A DNA stretch of 54,724 bases from an uncultured Verrucomicrobiota bacterium (lineage in GTDB: Bacteria; Verrucomicrobiota; Verrucomicrobiia; Limisphaerales; PALSA-1396), in the NCBI GenBank assembly GCA_964651015.1, contig CAZYYS010000001.1:1-54724 (forward strand). Direction: 5' to 3'. Under the pieces are notes generated by a model, which was given only the letters and a program-made list of their open reading frames with translations, had not been told where the DNA came from and did no database searches. Positions 19,685-27,289 of the stretch are shown piece after piece (the first letter of the stretch is position 1; each line of letters starts with the position of its first letter). The position numbers were made by a program, and so were the translations under genes.

Positions 19685-22600
19685 ATGCTCAACCGACTTC
19701 TTGAAACGTCCCTGCGCCAGCGCGCGTTCGTGTTGCTGGCTGCTGCGGTGCTTGTCGCTGTTGGCATTGCGGCGGCATTACGGCTGCCGTTGGATGCAGT
19801 GCCAGACATCACGAATCCGCAGGTGCAGATCAACACCGCCGTCAGCGCATTCGCGCCGGAGGAAATCGAAAAACAGATCACGTTCCCCATCGAGAACGAG
19901 ATGAGCGGTATCCCGGGCATGATCGAATTGCGCTCGCTCTCGAAGTCCGGCCTGTCGCAAGTCACGATGATTTTCAAGGATGGAACCGACCTCTATCGCG
20001 CACGGCAACTTGTGAGCGAACGACTGCAACAAGTCGGCGAAGATTTGCCGCCGGGCCTTACGCCCAAGCTCGCGCCCATCGCCACCGGCCTTGGTGAAAT
20101 CTTCTACTACGGCGTGGACTACCGCGCGGACGCGACAAACAAGCCCGCCACCCGCCGCGAGCAACTGATGGCGCTCAAGGTGATTCAGGATTATCAGATC
20201 AAGCCATTGCTGCGACAGACCCCCGGCATCGCAGAGGTCAACACCAGCGGCGGTTACGAAAAGGTTTATGTCATCCAGCCTGACCCGGCACGCCTGATGA
20301 GCGCGGGAATCTCACTTACGGAACTGGCGGACAAACTCGCCGAGAACACCCGCAACGCCGGTGGTGGCCTCGTGGAAATCGGTGGCGAACAAATCACCAT
20401 CCGCGCGAACAGCCGCGTTTCCAGCGCGGAGGAACTGGCGTCGCTCCCACTCAAGTTTGGCGGCGGAGTGAAGCCGCTGCTGGTCGGTGATGTGGCGAGC
20501 GTGGGCATCGGCACAAGTTACCGCGCGGGCGCGAGCACCGAGATGGGCGAGGAATCTCTGCTTGGCGCGGCCATCATGACGGCGGGCGAAAACTCGCGGC
20601 TCGTCTCGCGCGCTGTGAAGGCGAAGCTCGCGGATATTCAAGCGAAGCTGCCGCCCGGCGTGGAAATCCACACGCTTTACGACCGGAGCGAACTCGTGGA
20701 TCGCACCATTCGGACAGTGCAAACGAATCTCGCTGAAGGCGCGTTGCTTGTCGTCGTCATTCTCTTTCTTCTGCTCGGCAACTTTCGCGGCGCGCTCATC
20801 GTCACCTTGGCGATTCCGCTCTCAATGCTGTTCGCGACGACCGGCATGGTCTGGCTGGGCATCCCCGGCAACTTGATGAGCCTCGGCGCGATTGATTTCG
20901 GCCTGATTATTGACGGCGCGGTCGTGATGGTGGAAAACATCCTGCGCCATCTCGGTGAGAAACAAAGCAAGCTCGGACGCGTCTTGACCGTGGAGGAACG
21001 CGCGCGAGAAGTGCTAGCGTCTGCGAAGGAAGTTGCCCGCCCGATGTTCTTCGGCGTGGTCATCATCACGGTCGTCTATGTGCCGATCCTCGCGTTGCAG
21101 GGCATCGAAGGGAAAATGTTCAAGCCCATGGCGCTCGTAGTGATGCTGGCGCTCGGCGGCGCCCTCGCACTGGCGGTGACACTCATGCCGGTGCTGTGTT
21201 CATTCATGCTCGGCGGAAAAATCCGCGAAACGGACAACTGGTTCGTAACCTTGATCAAACGACTTTACACGCCGCTGCTGCATTGGGGGCTGCGTTACAA
21301 ATTGCTCGTGGTACTGCCGCTCGTGGCTTTATTCGCGTCGTCGCTTGTGATGTTCAACCGGCTCGGGGCGGAGTTCATTCCGCAATTGGATGAAGGCGAC
21401 GGCATTCTGCAACTCGTCAAAGCCCAGAGTTGCGGGTTGCAGGCGGGCATCGAAATCCAGAAACAATCCGAGCGCGTGCTGCTCGCGGAGTTCCCGGAAA
21501 TCAAAACCATCTTCTCCCGCATGGGTGCGGCGGAAATCGCCACCGACCCGATGGACCCGGGCGACGCGGATACTTACATCATGTTCAAACCACGCAAGAC
21601 CTGGCGCAAGCTGAACGGCGAAACCATCACGAAGGAAAAGCTGTTGGAGTTGATGCAGGTCACTCTCGCGAGCAAAGTTCCCGGTCAGGCCGCGCTCATC
21701 AATCAACCGATCCAGATGCGCTTTGACGAAATCATGGCCGGCGCGCGCGCGGAATTGTCGTTGAAGATTTTTGGCGACGACTTCGCCACACTGGAAAAGC
21801 TGGCGACCGAAGCGCTGGAATTGTTGCGCATGATTCCCGGCGCGGGCGACGTGGAGTTCGACAAGATCGGGCGCACGCCGCAGTTGGAAATCACGCCCGA
21901 CCGCGCCGCGCTCCGGCGTTACAACCTGCATGCCGACGATGTGAATCGGGTAGTCGAAACCGCGCTTGCGGGCGCAGAGGCGGGTTTCCTGCAAGATGGC
22001 AACCGCCGATTCCCCGTCGTCGTGCGGCTCGCCGACGAACGGCGCGGCGACTTGAACGCGATCCAGCAATTGCCTGTGGGCGTGGACGGCGGCGGAATGC
22101 TGATGCTGGGCCGCATTGCCACCGTCTCGAACATCACCCAGGTCGGCACCATCCATCGCGAGAATGCGCAACGCCGTGTGGCCATCCTCATCAACGTGCG
22201 CGGACGCGACACAGCGAGCTTCGTCGCCGAAGCGCAGGCCAAACTCGACGCGCAACTGAAACTGCCGGACGGCTGCTGGTTCGAGTTCGGCGGACAGTTT
22301 CGAAACCTCATCGAAGCCAAAAAACGCCTCACCATCGTCGTGCCGCTGGCGTTGGCTTTGATCTTTGTGCTCATCTTCCTGAGCTTTGGCAGTCTCCGGC
22401 AGGCCGCGCTTATTTTCGTCTCCGTGCCGTTGGCCGTGACCGGCGGCATCTTCGCGCTCGCAGTACGCGGAATGCCCTTCACCATCAGTGCGGCTGTCGG
22501 TTTCATTGCGCTGTCCGGCATCGCCGTGCTGAACGGCATCATGCTCATCAGTTTCATCAACCAGTTGCGCGAAGGTGGAAAAAATCTCCGCGACGCCGTG

Positions 22601-22834
22601 GTGGAAGGCACGCTGACCCGCCTCCGCCCGAAACTAATGACCGCACTCGTCGCCAGCTTCGGCTTTGTGCCGATGGCGATCGCCGCTGGTGCGGGCGCGG
22701 AAGTGCAACGCCCGCTCGCCACCGTCGTCATTGGCGGCATCATCACCTCGACTTTCCTCACGCTCGTTTTGCTACCGGTGCTTTACGAGTGGCTGGAGGG
22801 AAAAACCGAAAACCGAAAACCGAAAACCGAATGA
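19685..22834 (+). CDS. czcA: Heavy-metal efflux RND transporter, CzcA/CusA family
   Basis: The 1049-aa protein has a 12-TM RND architecture. HME-type conservation runs throughout (for example GAIDFGLIIDGAVVMVEN). Confidence 0.92.
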   Translation: MLNRLLETSLRQRAFVLLAAAVLVAVGIAAALRLPLDAVPDITNPQVQINTAVSAFAPEEIEKQITFPIENEMSGIPGMIELRSLSKSGLSQVTMIFKDGTDLYRARQLVSERLQQVGEDLPPGLTPKLAPIATGLGEIFYYGVDYRADATNKPATRREQLMALKVIQDYQIKPLLRQTPGIAEVNTSGGYEKVYVIQPDPARLMSAGISLTELADKLAENTRNAGGGLVEIGGEQITIRANSRVSSAEELASLPLKFGGGVKPLLVGDVASVGIGTSYRAGASTEMGEESLLGAAIMTAGENSRLVSRAVKAKLADIQAKLPPGVEIHTLYDRSELVDRTIRTVQTNLAEGALLVVVILFLLLGNFRGALIVTLAIPLSMLFATTGMVWLGIPGNLMSLGAIDFGLIIDGAVVMVENILRHLGEKQSKLGRVLTVEERAREVLASAKEVARPMFFGVVIITVVYVPILALQGIEGKMFKPMALVVMLALGGALALAVTLMPVLCSFMLGGKIRETDNWFVTLIKRLYTPLLHWGLRYKLLVVLPLVALFASSLVMFNRLGAEFIPQLDEGDGILQLVKAQSCGLQAGIEIQKQSERVLLAEFPEIKTIFSRMGAAEIATDPMDPGDADTYIMFKPRKTWRKLNGETITKEKLLELMQVTLASKVPGQAALINQPIQMRFDEIMAGARAELSLKIFGDDFATLEKLATEALELLRMIPGAGDVEFDKIGRTPQLEITPDRAALRRYNLHADDVNRVVETALAGAEAGFLQDGNRRFPVVVRLADERRGDLNAIQQLPVGVDGGGMLMLGRIATVSNITQVGTIHRENAQRRVAILINVRGRDTASFVAEAQAKLDAQLKLPDGCWFEFGGQFRNLIEAKKRLTIVVPLALALIFVLIFLSFGSLRQAALIFVSVPLAVTGGIFALAVRGMPFTISAAVGFIALSGIAVLNGIMLISFINQLREGGKNLRDAVVEGTLTRLRPKLMTALVASFGFVPMAIAAGAGAEVQRPLATVVIGGIITSTFLTLVLLPVLYEWLEGKTENRKPKTE
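22802..22829. repeat. Heptanucleotide tandem repeat (AAAACCG)x4 at the 3' end of czcA
   Basis: There are four perfect head-to-tail copies. They end 2 nt before the czcA TGA. Confidence 0.9.
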
Positions 22835-22986
22835 AGCCCGAATCCCAAATCTTGGCGTTTTGGACTGGGCTGGCAGAGCGCAGCGCCGACAGCGCTTTCG
22901 GATCAAAACCGTCGCAGGGTTCTCCTCTGCCAAAGCGGCGTCGCCCTTCGCTTGCCACCGCAGTCCATAAATCAACCGGAAAAACC

Positions 22987-23430
22987 ATGAAACACATCAC
23001 ATTCCTCATACTGGCCGGCGCGCTCTGCGCCGGAATCCTCACCCTGCCCGCCGCCGACAAGAAAGAACTTGCCGGACCGAAAGGCGGACGCCTGCTCGAA
23101 AAAACTGAACTCAAAGCCGAGTTCTATCTGGAGAAAGATCACACCGTCACGATCACGTTCTACGATGCCGCGCTGAAAACAGTTCCCGCTTCCGCGCAAT
23201 CCGTGACCGTCATCGCTGATGCCAAAGCGGGCAAGACCACGATTGAATTCGAGAAAAAAGGCGACTCGCTCGTAAGCAAAACCAAATTACCCGAAGGCGA
23301 CGGCTATAATCTCGTCGTGCAGTTCAAACAAACCGCCGACGCCAAACCGCAGAATTTCCGTTTCAAGCTGGAAACGCACACCTGCGGCGGCTGCCAGCGC
23401 GCGGAGTATTCCTGCACTTGCGACGAGTGA
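22987..23430 (+). CDS. Secreted protein with C-terminal Cys-rich motif (candidate periplasmic metal-binding protein)
   Basis: It has a signal peptide (MKHITFLILAGALCAGILTLPAA). The body is predicted to be beta-rich. The tail is HTCGGCQRAEYSCTCDE. Confidence 0.65.
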   Translation: MKHITFLILAGALCAGILTLPAADKKELAGPKGGRLLEKTELKAEFYLEKDHTVTITFYDAALKTVPASAQSVTVIADAKAGKTTIEFEKKGDSLVSKTKLPEGDGYNLVVQFKQTADAKPQNFRFKLETHTCGGCQRAEYSCTCDE

Positions 23431-23466
23431 GGGATTGCCCGCAATGGTTTGACTGGCGGGCGACGT

Positions 23467-24315
23467 TCAGGTCGCCCGGCGGAATTTGGAAATCACCCCC
23501 GCCCCCAACAACGCCATTCCCAGTGCGCAAACAATCGCCGCGCCCATCGGGAAATTAGCCACGACAGACCAATACAATCCGCCAATACTGCCCAGCGTGG
23601 CGACCATCCAACCGACGAGTAATTGCATCGGCAACGATTTCGCCAAAAATCCCGCGCTGGCCGCAGGCACGATTAGGTACGAAAACACCATCAGCACGCC
23701 GCCGACTTGCACGAAGCTGGTGACAATCAAACCGAACAGAGAATAGAACAAAAAGTCCCAGAGCCGCACGTTCATCCTCCCCTGCTCCGCGTGATCATGA
23801 CCGAACGAGAGCTTGATGAATTGTTTGCGGAAGATGAAATGCAAAATGCCAATGACCGCGTAGAGCGCCGCTGTTTTTCCAATCTGCTGCGGCGTCACGG
23901 TCAACAGATCGCCCACCAGCGTGCGCTGCAATTCCTCCTTGCCATGCGGGCTCTTGCTCAACAACAGAATCCCTGCCGCCGCCGCCACCACGTAAATGAT
24001 GCCGATGAGCGCTTCCTGCGGCACGCGGGCCTTCTTGCCCGGTCGCGTGAATGTGAACACCAGCGCACCCGCCAACGTGAAGCCAAGCGACCAGAGAAAA
24101 TTGTGCGGGTCGTCCGCTTCGTGACCAAGCCACAAACAAACACATGTGCCGAGCGTGGCGACTTGCGCCAGTGCGAGGTCAACGAAGATAACTTCACGCT
24201 TGATGATGTGCAGGCCGTAATAGACGAGAATGCCCGGCAATACCAGGCAGGCCACCAGAGGCCATTTCATCACGGCCATCACCTGAGACCAGGTCAACGC
24301 GTCAGTTCCATCCAT
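23467..24315 (-). CDS. Metal ABC transporter permease (ABC-3 / ZnuB-TroC-MntB family)
   Basis: It is a polytopic ABC-3-like protein. Its start lies 1 nt after the stop of the upstream binding-protein gene. Confidence 0.85.
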   Translation of the reverse strand: MDGTDALTWSQVMAVMKWPLVACLVLPGILVYYGLHIIKREVIFVDLALAQVATLGTCVCLWLGHEADDPHNFLWSLGFTLAGALVFTFTRPGKKARVPQEALIGIIYVVAAAAGILLLSKSPHGKEELQRTLVGDLLTVTPQQIGKTAALYAVIGILHFIFRKQFIKLSFGHDHAEQGRMNVRLWDFLFYSLFGLIVTSFVQVGGVLMVFSYLIVPAASAGFLAKSLPMQLLVGWMVATLGSIGGLYWSVVANFPMGAAIVCALGMALLGAGVISKFRRAT

Positions 24316-24316
24316 G

Positions 24317-25234
24317 CTATTGTTTTCCTCCCAGTGCCTTCGCCAGCGAGTTCACCAGGTAATCCATCAATGCGATGTAGCCAGCTTCCGTCCCCTTCAC
24401 GCCGCCAGGGAATTGCGCCACGTCCACAACAGTCGCATCCGTGTTCCGCGCCACGGTCTCCGCCGTCCGCCGGTTCAGATAAGGATCCACAATGATGACA
24501 TGCGCCTTGGCCGCCTTCATTTTGCTGATGACCGACGCGAGGTGCGCCGGTGACGGCGGAATGCCCGGTTTTGGTTCGAGAAGCAAATCCATCTTCAATC
24601 CGAATCGTTTGGCGAAATAAGCCCAAGAGTTGTGATACGCCACAATCTGTTCGCCTCTAAATGGTGCGAGTTGCTTTTTCCACTCGATCATTTTGGCGTC
24701 CAACTGTTCGAGAAATGTTTTCAGGTTCGCCTGGTAGTTTGCACAATTCGGGGCGTCCAGTTTGCAAAACGCCTCCGCGATATGGCGCGCGACAATCCGC
24801 GCGTTCTCCGGATCGACCAGAAAATGCGGATTCCCGGCGGCGTGAATGTCCCCTTTCGACCGGTCCAGTTCCGTCGGCACCTCCAGCATTTGAACCCCTT
24901 CGTTGCCGCGGATGTAGCCGGGCGAGTCTGCCGCGAGTTTCGAGTTCCGCGCGCCCGTAAGCAAAGACGGCAACCAGCCGATTTCCAATTCCGCCCCGCC
25001 CTCGATCAATACGTCGGCCCGATTGAGCTTCACAATGAAGCTGGGTTTGGCATCGACGAAATGCGGGTCCTCGGTGGGTCGAGCCAGTGTTGTGATATCG
25101 ATCTGCTTGTCACCCACCGCTTCGGCGATGGACGCCAGGTCGGGCGTTGTTGCCACAACGTTGAGTTTGGCATGCCCGGCATATGAGTGAATCATGAGGG
25201 CCAAGACAGCCAAGGACTTAAGAGCTTTCATCAT
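24317..25234 (-). CDS. Metal ABC transporter substrate-binding protein (cluster A-1, ZnuA/TroA family)
   Basis: It has a signal peptide. Family signatures are LNVVATTPDLASIAEAVGGD-like, EDPHF and AYHNSWAYFAKRFGL. Confidence 0.85.
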   Translation of the reverse strand: MMKALKSLAVLALMIHSYAGHAKLNVVATTPDLASIAEAVGDKQIDITTLARPTEDPHFVDAKPSFIVKLNRADVLIEGGAELEIGWLPSLLTGARNSKLAADSPGYIRGNEGVQMLEVPTELDRSKGDIHAAGNPHFLVDPENARIVARHIAEAFCKLDAPNCANYQANLKTFLEQLDAKMIEWKKQLAPFRGEQIVAYHNSWAYFAKRFGLKMDLLLEPKPGIPPSPAHLASVISKMKAAKAHVIIVDPYLNRRTAETVARNTDATVVDVAQFPGGVKGTEAGYIALMDYLVNSLAKALGGKQ

Positions 25235-25282
25235 ATTCCCTTCGTTCGTTCGTTCGGTTGATCGATACGACGCAGATCAAGG

Positions 25283-26749
25283 TTAAAACTTGTGGGCTGA
25301 GTGCGCGCCCAGCAGGAACTCGAATTGCAACCACACGGAACTCTCCGAGCCTGTGTGCTCAATGTGATCGTAGTTATATTGAAGGCGGAGCTTGGAAAAC
25401 TCGCTGGGATAGAAAGTCAGTGCCGGCGAAATCCGATAGCGATCCTCGAGCAGCGAATCCGTCCAGAAATCGCCTGATTGACCGGTCACATAATCGCCCC
25501 GCAGTGACCCGACCCAGCGAGGGTAGAAGCCGTACGAAACCTGGGAGTAAATCCCCCAGTTATCGATTGTCTCGCCTGGCGCCGGCGGGTTGCTGGCGTC
25601 GCCGGGAAAGGAGACCGCCCGGTAGTGGCTGTCGAGCCACTCCGACTGCCACGTCACAAACGGGAATCCTTTGTCGTGATGCCGCGACTTCCATTTGTAG
25701 AAGAGGTCAGTGCCATAAATCTGCGTCTCCCCGCCCTGCCCGCTGGCATTCGGGCCAAACGCGCCCGACGCACCCAGCACAACCGTATGCTCATTACCGA
25801 GGTCGAACGACATCGCGTAGCGCGGCGCATAGAGCATGTCGCCAAGGTTTTTCACATCGGTGGAAACGCTGGGACGCTGGGTAATCAGTTCGGTGCCATC
25901 CGAGTCCCGGAAGCTAAAGGCGGTTTCGCCCTGGCTGTTTTGCACTGACATAAACAGTTCAGAGTAGAACGGCGTGGGCACGAGCCACGAGATTTGCGCG
26001 CCGGGATTACGCAGGCCGTCCGGCCCCAGGAATCGGCCGATGACCAGCGGTTGATCCACGAAATCCCACGTGTGCGGATGTGTGGGGTTGATGCGTCCGA
26101 ACTGGGTGAAATATTGCCCCGCCTTGACCTGCAGATTCCACGGCAAGGAGAGCGTTTCAAGAAACGCCTCCTCGACCTCGGTGGTCGTCTCGCCATCAGG
26201 ATCGATTTGCAGGATAATATTGGCCTGACCGCGGAAATAGGGATCCACCTTGCCGTCCAGTGTCATCTCCAGATTCTGGACGGTGAAACCTCTTTGCTTT
26301 GGGTCGTGCCCTCCGAACTCAAGCGCCTCGACATCATCCGTCGTTGGCGCGGTTGAAGTGCCGACGGCGAACAAAGCATCGAAACTCAAGTTCAGATAGG
26401 ATGAAGCCCCGCGCGCAACTGTGATTGGTTGCGAAGGTGACCACGGCGCGGGTGTCATGGCGGCGGCTGACGGAGTGGCGGGCGGCTGATTGGTGGCCAG
26501 TTCACCGGCCAGTTGTTGCTCCAGCTTTTTCTGTTCGGTGGCAGCCTTCTGCTGTTGGATCAATTCATTCAATTGTTTCGTCAACGCCTCGATCTGTTCG
26601 CGTTGTTGGCGTTGCACTTTCTCGAAGTTTTCCTGGACCTCTTGTAGTTGCTTTTTCAATTGCTCAATTTGATTTGTCTCCTGCGCCTGAACGATAATGG
26701 CGCTCAGGCAAAACGCCGACGACCACCTCAGAATCCTTATCAGCTTCAT
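25283..26749 (-). CDS. Outer-membrane beta-barrel (porin-like) protein with N-terminal Gln/Glu-rich coiled coil
   Basis: A signal peptide is followed by a roughly 70-aa coiled coil. The rest shows alternating beta-strand patterning. The C-terminus ends in an aromatic residue (...GAHSAHKF). Confidence 0.7.
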   Translation of the reverse strand: MKLIRILRWSSAFCLSAIIVQAQETNQIEQLKKQLQEVQENFEKVQRQQREQIEALTKQLNELIQQQKAATEQKKLEQQLAGELATNQPPATPSAAAMTPAPWSPSQPITVARGASSYLNLSFDALFAVGTSTAPTTDDVEALEFGGHDPKQRGFTVQNLEMTLDGKVDPYFRGQANIILQIDPDGETTTEVEEAFLETLSLPWNLQVKAGQYFTQFGRINPTHPHTWDFVDQPLVIGRFLGPDGLRNPGAQISWLVPTPFYSELFMSVQNSQGETAFSFRDSDGTELITQRPSVSTDVKNLGDMLYAPRYAMSFDLGNEHTVVLGASGAFGPNASGQGGETQIYGTDLFYKWKSRHHDKGFPFVTWQSEWLDSHYRAVSFPGDASNPPAPGETIDNWGIYSQVSYGFYPRWVGSLRGDYVTGQSGDFWTDSLLEDRYRISPALTFYPSEFSKLRLQYNYDHIEHTGSESSVWLQFEFLLGAHSAHKF

Positions 26750-26775
26750 ATCTTTTCTCTACAGAGGTGAACGCG

Positions 26776-26787
26776 TGAAGCTTCACC
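26776..26787. promoter_or_regulatory. Perfect 12-bp palindrome GTGAAGCTTCAC upstream of the barrel-znuAB operon
   Basis: It lies 27 nt upstream of the ATG at 26749. A third half-site, GGTGAA, flanks it at 26767-26772. Confidence 0.35.
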
Positions 26788-26857
26788 AACAGGTTAAGAC
26801 TCCCCTGGACGAGGCCGAAGCGGGAATTGAAGGCCGGAAGTTACGGGCGGGAAGTCG

Positions 26858-27250
26858 TTAAACCCGCCTCCAACCAACAACCACTCTTGAAGAATCAAGA
26901 AGGGGCGGAGCGCGACTAGGTGACAACCGAAGGTCAATGCCTGCCAAAGCCATGACTTTGGCCAAAACAGGTAAACCAACAGAACCAAACACGAGTGCCA
27001 CCAGTAAAGGCGACGTATCGCTGGAGTCAACCTGCCCGCTGGCGAAAAGGCACACGACGCAGAGATGGCTGTCCCCGCCGGTTACCGCATGGGACAATTG
27101 GCGATGGAACGGATTGGCGGCCAGGATCGCCGCAAAAAGCAGCAACACGACCAATAAGCCAGCCAGTGCTGATTTGGCAACGGGCCATGAACCGAAAGCT
27201 TTTCGTTCCTGTTGCAAGCTAAGGCCAATGAAGCAAACCCACCGGACCAT
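26858..27250 (-). CDS. Small membrane-anchored His/Cys protein of unknown function (paralog of 16295-16678; possibly DUF2946-like)
   Basis: The hydrophobic anchor is LAGLLVVLLLFAAILAA. It is followed by NPFHRQLSHAVTGGDSHLCVVCLFASG. The C-terminal motif is RLSPSRAPP. The GDSH, Cys pair and SPxRAP motifs are shared with the protein at 16295. Confidence 0.55.
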   Translation of the reverse strand: MVRWVCFIGLSLQQERKAFGSWPVAKSALAGLLVVLLLFAAILAANPFHRQLSHAVTGGDSHLCVVCLFASGQVDSSDTSPLLVALVFGSVGLPVLAKVMALAGIDLRLSPSRAPPLLDSSRVVVGWRRV

Positions 27251-27289
27251 CGCAAGGCTTATTTACGCAGCCCAAGCGGCGCCCGCAGA

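Noticed and set aside
22802-22829. Short tandem repeats and Sel1 DNA repeats considered as a CRISPR array
   Set aside because: The units are 7 nt, or about 108 nt and coding. They have no spacer structure and no cas genes are present.
23437-23461. Hairpin gcccgc-N13-gcgggc between the convergent 22987 gene and znuB, considered as a bidirectional terminator
   Set aside because: The stem is only 6-8 bp, the loop is large and there is no U-tract on either strand. The evidence is too weak to annotate it.
26794-27030. Alternative 78-aa minus-strand ORF, and the 238-aa plus-strand ORF (26937-27653), in the secA-barrel gap
   Set aside because: Neither has a recognisable feature. The 26858-27250 frame shares ordered motifs with the paralog at 16295.
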